A DNA stretch of 24,264 bases from a virus (lineage: Duplodnaviria; Caudoviricetes), in IMG/VR virus record IMGVR_UViG_3300025803_000100, positions 1-24,264 of that record; one strand, written 5' to 3'. Shown piece after piece: positions 15,835 to 23,699 of the stretch (position 1 is the stretch's first letter; every line of letters starts with the position of its first letter). Under the pieces are notes generated by a model. It saw only the letters and a list, made by a program, of their open reading frames with translations. It did no database searches and was not told the DNA's origin. The translations under genes and the position numbers were made by a program.

Positions 15835-16379
15835 CGGTTCTCCTCAATAGTCTTCACAGCAAAGTAAACAGCAGCGCAGATCACACCAGCGATCAGCCCA
15901 CCGAGGTGCCCTTCCCAAGAAACACCGTCCCGAGGCACCAACCCGGACACGGCTATAGCGCCGCAAACCAGCAGCGACAACGACTTCGAGATCCAGTATT
16001 CGTTCGGGAACGTCAGCACCGTAGCCACGATGTACGCACCGAGCAGAGCGAACACGACCCCCGACGCCCCGATCACTGGGGTGCCGTGATCTCCGATCGC
16101 CCACAGCAGCCCGCCGCCGGCGACCACGCCCGCCGTCAACACCGCACCCAGATAGGCGGCGCCTCGGGTAGCGGCGATCCCTCCGAGGATACCAACCCCC
16201 ACGATGTTGCCTGCCAGATGCGCCTGATCTGCGTGCAGAAACGCACCAGTCACCGCACCGGGCAAACGGTCCACGTCCCGAGGCCACACCGCATGCGCCA
16301 GCCCGGGGCCTGCGTTCGCATCGATTACGTACAATGCGGCAATGTATGCGAGCAGCAGAACCGCTGCGGATTTAGTCAT
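15831..16379 (-). CDS. Rhomboid-family intramembrane serine protease, 182 aa
   Basis: FLHADQAHLAGN (HxxxxHxxxN), catalytic GASG and SWEGHLGGLIAG (catalytic His, GxxxG), with about 6 TM helices. The start is reassigned to ATG 16379 (MTKSAAV), with SD GAGGAG at 16385-16390. Confidence 0.92.
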   Translation of the reverse strand: MTKSAAVLLLAYIAALYVIDANAGPGLAHAVWPRDVDRLPGAVTGAFLHADQAHLAGNIVGVGILGGIAATRGAAYLGAVLTAGVVAGGGLLWAIGDHGTPVIGASGVVFALLGAYIVATVLTFPNEYWISKSLSLLVCGAIAVSGLVPRDGVSWEGHLGGLIAGVICAAVYFAVKTIEENR

Positions 16380-16399
16380 CAGAACTCCTCTGAACTGAT

Positions 16400-16476
16400 T
16401 AGTGGACGTGCCGGGGATCGAACCCGGGTACCCGCACCTGCCCGTGGCCGGTGCAGCGAAGCCAACCTTCACGCCC
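16400..16476 (-). ncRNA. tmRNA-like tRNA mimic: isolated tRNA-like domain with alanine identity, no anticodon loop, no MLD
   Basis: GGGCGUG AAGGUUGGCUUCG CUGCACC G GCC ACG GGC A GGUGCGG GUAC CCGGG UUCGAUC CCCGG CACGUCC A CUA. It has a 7-bp acceptor stem with G3-U70, discriminator A, a canonical T arm and a 13-nt stemless D region. Confidence 0.8.
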
Positions 16477-16480
16477 GAAA

Positions 16481-16568
16481 CCTGCGGGGCTCCAAGCCCA
16501 CCCCGCAGGGATACTCATTGCCGGTGGGGGGAGGAGGGGTGACGCCCCTGCTTGGACCCCCGGCAATG
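16481..16568 (-). ncRNA. Structured RNA: two hairpins with complementary loops (kissing loop / pseudoknot)
   Basis: P1 CAUUGCCGG/CCGGCAAUG, P2 AGGGG/CCCCU and P3 CCUGCGGGG/CCCCGCAGG. The internal-loop UCCAAGC is complementary to the P3-loop GCUUGGA. Confidence 0.55.
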
Positions 16569-16570
16569 GA

Positions 16571-17095
16571 TCAGATGGCCCAAGTGTCGCCGGTGTCGAG
16601 ATCCTTCTCGAACGACTCGGCGGCGGTCGGGGCCGGAGCGGGGGCAGGAGCCGGGGAAGGCACAGCCTTCAGACCGGCGTCGCCGCCCTGCTTCTTGCCG
16701 AGGTAGCAGTTCGTCCACTGGCCGTCCTTCGACAGCTTCACCTCGATCGACCACACCTGCCCGACGGTCGTCTGAACCGCAGCCTGCGGGTCGGCGTTGA
16801 GCATCGCACCGGTCACACCGAGCGAGGCGCAGTCACGGGCAGCGAACCCGGCGGCCTTCTCGGAGAACGTGGCGTTCAGCCAGATGGTACCGCCCGACAT
16901 GTCTTCGCCGTCGGCGCTGACGCTGCCGTCCTGAGCGACGAACATGAACCCGGCCTTCGGGGCTCCCGCCTTCGACTCACCGAAGTTAGCGGACTTGATC
17001 TCGGCAATGTACTTGCCGGGTGCAAGGTCGATGGACGGGCCGAAACCCTCCGACACTGCCTCTTGGAAGATGGACTCAAAGTTGAAACTGGACAT
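16571..17095 (-). CDS. Single-stranded DNA-binding protein (DUF669-like)
   Basis: LAPGKYIAEIKSA...SKAG pattern, a PAPAPAP linker and an acidic/aromatic tail (DLDTGDTWAI). It lies downstream of the Sak4-like ATPase. Confidence 0.75.
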   Translation of the reverse strand: MSSFNFESIFQEAVSEGFGPSIDLAPGKYIAEIKSANFGESKAGAPKAGFMFVAQDGSVSADGEDMSGGTIWLNATFSEKAAGFAARDCASLGVTGAMLNADPQAAVQTTVGQVWSIEVKLSKDGQWTNCYLGKKQGGDAGLKAVPSPAPAPAPAPTAAESFEKDLDTGDTWAI

Positions 17096-17349
17096 TACTG
17101 TTGCTCCTCAATTGGTAGAGATTCTTGGTTCGTATCGATAGTAGGTGGATTCTTCAGTTCGCTGCGCAACAACGGAACATCATCCTTGTGCATGATGAAC
17201 GTCTGCTGCACGATGTTACCCTCGGAAATAGCAAGCTGTAAAGTCAATGCGACAATTGCGTGCCGTTCACCTTCGGTGCCGACAGCGTACGTCTTGTTCA
17301 CAGCAAACCCCGTGATGATAGCGTTCGGCAACTGGACGGGCTCAGTCAC
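17095..17349 (-). CDS. Hypothetical protein, 84 aa
   Basis: Overlaps both neighbours in an operon-like way and contains the GAGGAG SD for ssb. Confidence 0.65.
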   Translation of the reverse strand: MTEPVQLPNAIITGFAVNKTYAVGTEGERHAIVALTLQLAISEGNIVQQTFIMHKDDVPLLRSELKNPPTIDTNQESLPIEEQQ

Positions 17350-18082
17350 GGTTCATCAACTCCAGCATCTGCGAAATGTTCCACGTCATAGTGTCGCTCT
17401 CCTCATCGAGATCCACGGGCACTACCCCGTGGAACTGGCGGCGCAGCACCTTCGTACGATCGCCGGCGGTGATGCCCTGCCGGGCGTCAACGATCAGTTC
17501 ACGCCCGACCGTGCCATCCGACCGCATCGTGCCCGGACGCAGATAGGCGATGGTGTCCATCTGCCCTGCGAGCGAGCGAGCCATGCTGCCCTGAATGTCT
17601 GGCACTACCCGATCCTCTCGATGGTTAGCAAGGGCAGTGATAATCACGACCTCGACGGGGGACCCGGGCAGCTTCGTGAGGTCACGAATATCCCGGAGGG
17701 GAGCATCCATCTTATCATAGAGCGTACCCCAATCCTTTAGCTGCATGCCGGTGTCCGTGATCGAACGCTTCGCCTGCTTCTGCAGTTCGGTGAGCGAGTC
17801 CAGAATCACAGAACGAAACTGGTGATCACCCTTCTGCAACCAGCGGGTCACCTTCTCAATCATTTCCCAGTTGAGGACATGAACCACGACACTGACGTCA
17901 CCGTCAACCTGCGGCGGAGCACCCTGCATCGGGTCCCACTGCACAGTCTCGGAGGACAACCAGTCGGTCCCGCCCTCAGCGTCAAGGATGAGCCGTGGCC
18001 CCGGGGCCGTCTCGGCCAGTGAGGTCTTCCCGGTCTTGGGCTCCCCGAACAGCAGGAGCCTCCATCGCTTGCTTGTTGTCAT
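17342..18082 (-). CDS. Sak4-like / AAA_24 ATPase (phage recombinase)
   Basis: Walker A GEPKTGKT, LILDAEGG and Walker B VILDSLTE, in the nuclease-ATPase-SSB gene order. Confidence 0.85.
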   Translation of the reverse strand: MTTSKRWRLLLFGEPKTGKTSLAETAPGPRLILDAEGGTDWLSSETVQWDPMQGAPPQVDGDVSVVVHVLNWEMIEKVTRWLQKGDHQFRSVILDSLTELQKQAKRSITDTGMQLKDWGTLYDKMDAPLRDIRDLTKLPGSPVEVVIITALANHREDRVVPDIQGSMARSLAGQMDTIAYLRPGTMRSDGTVGRELIVDARQGITAGDRTKVLRRQFHGVVPVDLDEESDTMTWNISQMLELMNRD

Positions 18083-18972
18083 TGCATCCCTTCCTGACCC
18101 TTGGGCCGGTAGTGGAGATCGACGATCATCTCGACGTCATCTCCGTGTTGTTGAGCGAGGCAAATATCCTGCGCCCGACACTTCCATCCGCACTCGGTAG
18201 TCACGTTGTACAGGTACGAACCAGACTCGATGGTGTGCAGCATGCTGTTCAGCGTGTCTCGCAACGCCAACGCATGCGAAGCATACGCCTCCTCGTTGAG
18301 CGGCAGCCAGCTACGAGCATAGAACGGGCCGCCCTTTGTGCGCTTCACCTTCCGGATCTCCGTGATCCGAACCCGATCGGCACGCCAACCCGTCGACGCC
18401 CGCAGCATCACCGCATACCGACCCAACTGCTGCACGTGAGTGAGCGCACCGGACAACGGGCCAACCGTCTTCCAATCGTCAATGATCCGGACACCGTCGT
18501 CCGTTTCGATCAGACGATCCACACGTCCATGCACCCGGGCAGTCCACCCGTCACGCAACCCGGACACCTCACCCACGACCGGCACCTCCACCTCCACCGT
18601 GGTCTCACCGAGATCAGCGCCGTCCTGCGCAAGATCATCAAGGTGCCCGTCGATCATCACATCGATCAGATCCTCCGGGCAATCCTCCGGGACGACACCG
18701 TCAAACGTTTCCTCCGCCCACGCACGCCACGCCACCAGCGGGTCACGACCGGAGCCGTCATACCACGCCCCGAGCGCCTCATGCACCGCAGTACCGGTGT
18801 CGACCGTAGCCCACGGGCGGGTACCCGCCGGGTAGTCAGGCTCCAACCCCTCCACGTACTCCCAGTAGAACCGGCGAGGACATCCAAGGTACGCTTGCAG
18901 CGCCGACTGGCGCACGTCCACCACCTTGTTTGTGTAATCCAACTGAACCTTCAGGTTCGGGTCTGTAGTCAT
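18079..18972 (-). CDS. Cas4/RecB-like PD-(D/E)XK exonuclease with 4 Cys (Fe-S)
   Basis: CPRR...GTAVHEAL...E...GRVDRL...IDDWKT...QL..Y...CGWKC....C. The start is reassigned to ATG 18972 (MTTDPN), following GAGGAGGAG. Confidence 0.9.
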   Translation of the reverse strand: MTTDPNLKVQLDYTNKVVDVRQSALQAYLGCPRRFYWEYVEGLEPDYPAGTRPWATVDTGTAVHEALGAWYDGSGRDPLVAWRAWAEETFDGVVPEDCPEDLIDVMIDGHLDDLAQDGADLGETTVEVEVPVVGEVSGLRDGWTARVHGRVDRLIETDDGVRIIDDWKTVGPLSGALTHVQQLGRYAVMLRASTGWRADRVRITEIRKVKRTKGGPFYARSWLPLNEEAYASHALALRDTLNSMLHTIESGSYLYNVTTECGWKCRAQDICLAQQHGDDVEMIVDLHYRPKGQEGMQ

Positions 18973-19126
18973 TTGCTTTCTCCTCCTCGCAGGCGTGCAC
19001 GCACTGCCCGCTGACGTTTCGCCCACGCCGCACGGGCAGCAACACACGGCTGCGAACCCTCACGACGGTGACGCATATAATCATTGTGCCGATCCGCCGG
19101 CGTGTAATCCTCGCAACGTTTACCGC

Positions 19127-20836
19127 TCACGCCTTGCTCCTCATCAGCGACCGGGCCTGATCCCGCAGCACCTGCTCCGACATCTCCCCCTTGGACTGTA
19201 ACGCAGCAATCACTGCCTCGTCAACTGTTCCCTCCGAAACAAGGTCGATGATCGTGACGTGATCCGCTTCCTGCCCGATGCGATGCACCCGAGCCTCGGC
19301 CTGCAACGACTGACCGAAACTGTAACTGCGTTGCAGAAACACGGCCGTGTCCGCCGCAAACAAGTTGATGCCTTCCGACCCGGCGCCGAGAGTCACCAAA
19401 GCCACACGTGCATCCCCTCGTTGAAACCGCTGCACGTTAGCTTCTCTCAGCGCCGGGTCAACCGCACCCGTCACCATCGCAGTAGAAATCCCTTTACGTT
19501 CCAGTTCAGACGCCGCCAACTCCACCAGCTTCCGAGACTGAGCAAACACCGCAACCGGCTTGTCCTCGCCCAACTCGTCCAACACCTCGAACAGCGCCGT
19601 GATCTTGTTCGACGGCGTATCCAACGCCAGCACCTCACCCTCCGGCGACACGACAGGGGTAGCGGATGCGATCTGCGACAACCGAATCAGCAACGCCAGC
19701 GGGTCAGTAGCAACCAGCACCCCGTCGTCGATCGCCACGATCAGATCGTTCACCATCTTGTTGTAAGCGGTCCGCTGCTTCTGATGCATCTCCACCGTGC
19801 GGGTCTGGTACGTGATGGGCGGCAGGTCCAGCACCTCGTCTTTCGTGCGGCGCACAAAGTTCATATCAAACCACGCCTCGAACAGGTCCTTGCGGTCCTG
19901 CCGCAGCCCGATGTCTTTCGGCCCCCAGTTCGTTTCAATGTACGCAACGTACTGGTTGTGCCACTTGTGGCGAGAATCACCGAACGTCGCCGGGTCATAG
20001 AACCTGCCGATAGCCCACAAATCTCCGGGCGTGTTCAACACGGGCGTGCCCGTCAACGCCCACCGCCACCGTGCGTTAGCAGATACCGCCCAAAGAGCCC
20101 GGGTCTGTTTCGAGTTGGCGTCCTTCGCACGGTGCGCCTCATCAGCTATCACCACATCCCAGTCGATAGCGTTCAACGGCCCCGGCGTCTTCTCTTTCTC
20201 GGACAGTTTCTGCGACCCGTACCCTGCGACCCGAGACAACGTACGCAACGCCTCCCAGTTCACGATGACCACGACCGGACCGTCCGCCTCTTGCGCCGCA
20301 CCGATCACCGCCTCCTTCTGCTTAGCGGTACCGTGCACCACAAACGTCGACGCCTCCGGGTACCACACCTTCGCCTCATCAGCCCACCGGTGCTTCATCG
20401 AGTTGGGGCACACAACCAACGCAGCCCCACCCACGGTGCGGGCAGCGGTCAACGACATCACCGTCTTGCCTGTGCCCATCTCGTCCCCGAGCAGGACACG
20501 CTTACGGTTCAACAACATCCACACCCCGACCGTCTGATAGTCAAACAGCCGAGGGTCCTGCGACTCGACGCCGTCCCGCTTCACGTTACGGACCTGCGCC
20601 CGCACCGCCTGAATCCCAGACATCAACGAGTTGGCCTCGGGTGTGGGGGTGAACCCATCCAACCGACCAAGCGTGTCCGCCACCGCCAACATCACCTGCG
20701 GCGTGATCGGCCCCGCCCAACACCCAGCCTGCGCATCCACCTTCAACCCGGGGATACGTCCAATCAAATCAGAGATCCGAGACGGAGCCCGAACCTCTAA
20801 CCGCATCGAATGCGGATCAGCGTGCACCTCAATCAT
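19127..20836 (-). CDS. SNF2-family (SF2) helicase
   Basis: DEMGTGKT, DEAH, LTGTP, GSEGINL and QAEARVHRIGQ. Confidence 0.93.
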   Translation of the reverse strand: MIEVHADPHSMRLEVRAPSRISDLIGRIPGLKVDAQAGCWAGPITPQVMLAVADTLGRLDGFTPTPEANSLMSGIQAVRAQVRNVKRDGVESQDPRLFDYQTVGVWMLLNRKRVLLGDEMGTGKTVMSLTAARTVGGAALVVCPNSMKHRWADEAKVWYPEASTFVVHGTAKQKEAVIGAAQEADGPVVVIVNWEALRTLSRVAGYGSQKLSEKEKTPGPLNAIDWDVVIADEAHRAKDANSKQTRALWAVSANARWRWALTGTPVLNTPGDLWAIGRFYDPATFGDSRHKWHNQYVAYIETNWGPKDIGLRQDRKDLFEAWFDMNFVRRTKDEVLDLPPITYQTRTVEMHQKQRTAYNKMVNDLIVAIDDGVLVATDPLALLIRLSQIASATPVVSPEGEVLALDTPSNKITALFEVLDELGEDKPVAVFAQSRKLVELAASELERKGISTAMVTGAVDPALREANVQRFQRGDARVALVTLGAGSEGINLFAADTAVFLQRSYSFGQSLQAEARVHRIGQEADHVTIIDLVSEGTVDEAVIAALQSKGEMSEQVLRDQARSLMRSKA

Positions 20837-21093
20837 CGGAAATCAATCCCATCCATGATCCGATCCAACTCGTCCCGAGGGATCAGATTCCGTACCGTCG
20901 CAGCAATGTGTTCCAGCACCAGATCCGCCAGCATCGTAGCTACCAGATCCTCACCGTTCAACAAGCGGTAATCCAGCAGCGAGTTGATCGCCTTCCACTT
21001 CTCCAACAACTCGCCGTCCGGCAGCGACGCAGCAATCTCTGCCAGCCGCTCCTCAATCTTCTGGTCCCGCACCACTTCCAGATCGTCAGTCAT
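20833..21093 (-). CDS. Hypothetical protein, 86 aa, helical
   Basis: Overlaps the PolA stop and the helicase start (ATGA), with AGGAGG upstream. Confidence 0.7.
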   Translation of the reverse strand: MTDDLEVVRDQKIEERLAEIAASLPDGELLEKWKAINSLLDYRLLNGEDLVATMLADLVLEHIAATVRNLIPRDELDRIMDGIDFR

Positions 21094-22900
21094 TGTCGGC
21101 CTCCTGAAAGCCGTAAGCCTCGCCCCAATGAGAAAGCGGGCCGGTCACGTCCACGGTCAAAGGAATCTCCCACGACCGGTCCTCTAAGCACCGGGCAGCT
21201 TCGGCTGCGATCTCCGCATGACCCTTCGGGATCGAGAACACAACCTCGTCATGCACCGGCACAACAATAAAGTCAGCGAGACCGGCAACATCCAACCGGA
21301 CCAGCGCCTCCTTCAACACATCCGAGCCGGTGCCCTGCATCAGCCCGTTGATCGCCTTGTAATACTCGCCCTCGGGCATGGAGAAACGGCGACCGCCTCG
21401 GGTACGCACATAAGCGAGACCCTCAGCGGCCTGCCGTTCCTCCGCCAACAGGGCAGGCTTGCCGGGGTAGTTGCCTCCAACGGCGTGATCCCCGGTCATG
21501 TCCCGCACCGTCGGGAACTCAGCAAACAAACGCAACAAGAAACCCTCAACGTCTTTCGACGGCATACCCGACGCCACCGCCAACGTATCCACACCCGCAC
21601 CGTACGTGAACGCCAGAAGAATAACTTTCGCCACGCCCCGGCGGGCATCGTCCTTCGTGATCGAAGGGTCCGACCACACGATCCGGGCAACGTGCGTGTA
21701 CAGGTCATCGCCTGCCTCATACGCCGCCGTCATCCCCGGGTCACGGCTCAGGTTCGCAAACAGGCGAGCCTCCTGCCCGTCGTAATCGATCGCCCACAAC
21801 TCGCAGCCCGGCTCCGGCAGGACACACCGGCGGATCTCCCCGCCGCTACCCTTCGACGGCAACGTCTGCAACGCAGGGTTCGTGATCGACATGCGCCCCG
21901 TCTTCGCACGCAGCGTGTTGATCGACGGATGCACCCGCCCACCCGACGCAGCGAACGGCTCCAGATACGCACCGATCCACTTAGTCAACCGCTTGTACTC
22001 AATGATGTGCGGCGCAATATCCGGATACCGTTCCGACAACTGACCGAGCACGATCTTGTCCAACGCAGCCTGCCCCGTCTCCGTGAAATCCTCGGGCTCC
22101 CACCCGAGATCCCGAAACACCCGCTCCAACTGCTGATTCGAGTTTGGGTTCGTAACCCCCCGAGACGACAGGTGATCCCGCAACTCCACTGACCGGGCCA
22201 GCCAACGCCGGCGGGTCGCCTCCGCATACCGGTGATCGACCCGCATGCCTCGCACCTCGGCCCGGTACATGATCGCCGACGCATGCATCTCCCGCTCGTA
22301 GGCTGCGAACATCCCGGCCTCGGTAACCTCGGGCAGTAGCTGATGAACCAGCATCTGGGTGAGGAACACGTCCACCACCCCGTACTGCCAGTACGACGGC
22401 TCATCGACCGGCACCGTGGACCACGTCCACCCGTGCTTCGCCATCCGAGCCTTCAACAAGTTCTGCCCCGTCGTCGCCCACCGACCCAACCGCTCAGCCG
22501 ACACGCCCTTCAACGAATGCCCGACGTGCGGAGCGAGCAGATGATGCAGCACCATCCCGTCGTGCACGTTCGACCAATGAGGCACCGGGAACCCGTCACC
22601 CTCCAACGCATGCATGTCGAACCGGGCGTTCCACATAGCCACCGGGTTGCCCTTATCACGCAGCCGAGCTAGCGCCTGCGACAACGGCCGCCCCCACCAC
22701 GATGTCGGCACCGCCCAGCCTTGGTGGTCGTCAGCGAACGTCACTAGCCGAGTGAAATCCCGCTCGGTCCAGTCGAGCCCGTGAGTTTCGGTGTCGATCG
22801 ACACCATCCCGACCGCCCCATCAACCCACCCGAGGAACGCATCGACGTCCGTTGACGACTCAACCAACGTCAGCTTCCAATCTGGCAGGTCATACTTCAC
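21086..22900 (-). CDS. polA: Family A DNA polymerase with 3'-5' exonuclease domain (no 5'-3' exonuclease)
   Basis: Exo I-III DTET, NARFD and YGVVD; TGRMS..NPALQ; motif A DYDGQEAR; motif B R..AK.......YG; motif C VHDE. Confidence 0.93.
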   Translation of the reverse strand: MKYDLPDWKLTLVESSTDVDAFLGWVDGAVGMVSIDTETHGLDWTERDFTRLVTFADDHQGWAVPTSWWGRPLSQALARLRDKGNPVAMWNARFDMHALEGDGFPVPHWSNVHDGMVLHHLLAPHVGHSLKGVSAERLGRWATTGQNLLKARMAKHGWTWSTVPVDEPSYWQYGVVDVFLTQMLVHQLLPEVTEAGMFAAYEREMHASAIMYRAEVRGMRVDHRYAEATRRRWLARSVELRDHLSSRGVTNPNSNQQLERVFRDLGWEPEDFTETGQAALDKIVLGQLSERYPDIAPHIIEYKRLTKWIGAYLEPFAASGGRVHPSINTLRAKTGRMSITNPALQTLPSKGSGGEIRRCVLPEPGCELWAIDYDGQEARLFANLSRDPGMTAAYEAGDDLYTHVARIVWSDPSITKDDARRGVAKVILLAFTYGAGVDTLAVASGMPSKDVEGFLLRLFAEFPTVRDMTGDHAVGGNYPGKPALLAEERQAAEGLAYVRTRGGRRFSMPEGEYYKAINGLMQGTGSDVLKEALVRLDVAGLADFIVVPVHDEVVFSIPKGHAEIAAEAARCLEDRSWEIPLTVDVTGPLSHWGEAYGFQEADND

Positions 22901-23403
22901 GACAGCACCAGCACGCCGGCCGCCACCGCGCCCTTAGTGTTAGCAACCCCGATCTTCCGGCCGCCGCCACCGTAGAACACACCGCCGCTGCCTTCCTCCA
23001 GATACATGCCGTGCGCTCCCTCGTACGTCGCAAGCACACCATCAGCATCGATCCGTTCCTCACGAGTCAACGGGGCCTGCTCCTCCACCGGCTCCCGTTC
23101 CTCCGCCGCAGGCTTCGGAGCGGCAGGCATCACATCACCGGCACACGCAGCGTACCCGGCGATATCCACCAGATGATCAGCGAGATGCGGCGACGCTTGA
23201 ATGCGAGCCACCTTCACCAACACCATCATGATCGCAGTGTCGTACGGGGTGACCTCACCCCGCCCTTCCAGATACGTGTTCCACAAGTCAGCGATCCTCC
23301 GGAAGTTCTCCTCCGGCGGAGCGTAGTCTGCGTTGCGGTCAGTCATGACCGCCTGCGACGCTGCTTCGATGACGGCCTTGCGACCCTTGATCTTCTTACT
23401 CAT
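22897..23403 (-). CDS. DUF6378-like protein
   Basis: R..DY.PP.ENF.RIA.LW..YL...MM.LVKVAR......D..VDIAGYAAC is the characteristic pattern of this phage family. Confidence 0.8.
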   Translation of the reverse strand: MSKKIKGRKAVIEAASQAVMTDRNADYAPPEENFRRIADLWNTYLEGRGEVTPYDTAIMMVLVKVARIQASPHLADHLVDIAGYAACAGDVMPAAPKPAAEEREPVEEQAPLTREERIDADGVLATYEGAHGMYLEEGSGGVFYGGGGRKIGVANTKGAVAAGVLVLS

Positions 23404-23699
23404 TTCGTTTCCTCCTCAAGGAAATCATACGGCTCAATTCCTGTACGGCGCAAGCGTTGCCGCTCCGCCGGGGTCAGGCCACCCCACATCCCGTACCGTT
23501 CGTTACGTGACATCGCGATGTCTAAACATTCACGCCGGGCCGGGCAGCCAGCGCAAATGCTACGGGCCAACGCCACCACATCCTCGTCGTCCTCCTCATA
23601 GAACAGATCGACGGCTGCGGCAACCTCGGCCGGGTTAGCGGACCAAGAGTCCGGGGAGCACGCCCCCCGGATCTCCTGACCCACCACCTCATCACGCAT
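23400..23699 (-). CDS. whiB: WhiB-family Fe-S transcription factor
   Basis: C...LFY...A..IC..CP....CL..A......GMWGG.T..ER. The start is reassigned to ATG 23699 (MRDEVVG). Confidence 0.92.
   Translation of the reverse strand: MRDEVVGQEIRGACSPDSWSANPAEVAAAVDLFYEEDDEDVVALARSICAGCPARRECLDIAMSRNERYGMWGGLTPAERQRLRRTGIEPYDFLEEETK

Noticed and set aside
16400-16430. attP-type 3' fragment of a host tRNA or tmRNA
   Set aside because: Both acceptor strands are present and complementary, the whole element folds, and there is no integrase nearby.
16380-16472. 31-aa N-terminal extension of the rhomboid ORF shown in the ORF track
   Set aside because: It merely runs through the RNA element. The SD supports ATG 16379.
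16400-16476. Canonical tRNA-Ala, two-piece tmRNA or YrlA Y RNA
   Set aside because: It has no U8, no D-stem and no 7-nt anticodon loop. The order is not permuted and no tag frame is evident. The acceptor stem is open-ended and there is no Ro60 gene in the window.
16477-16575. Hammerhead or theta/HDV-like ribozyme next to the tRNA-like element
   Set aside because: No CUGANGA/GAAA core occurs on one strand. The structure lies 5' rather than 3' of the element, and I could not fit the HDV double pseudoknot.
18079-18972. CRISPR-associated cas4 or a CRISPR array
   Set aside because: No repeat-spacer array or other cas genes were seen. Cas4-like nuclease + Sak4 + SSB is a common phage recombination module.
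19259-20800. Long + strand ORFs (513 aa here; also 13123-14070, 15825-16706, 16451-17740, 17995-19014, 21218-22192)
   Set aside because: These are antisense shadows of well-supported - strand genes in high-GC DNA, with R/H/P-rich non-protein-like composition.
21086-23403. Modified-base (e.g. Z-genome) pathway
   Set aside because: No PurZ, dATPase or other base-modification gene is present in the window. DUF6378 plus a divergent PolA is insufficient evidence.
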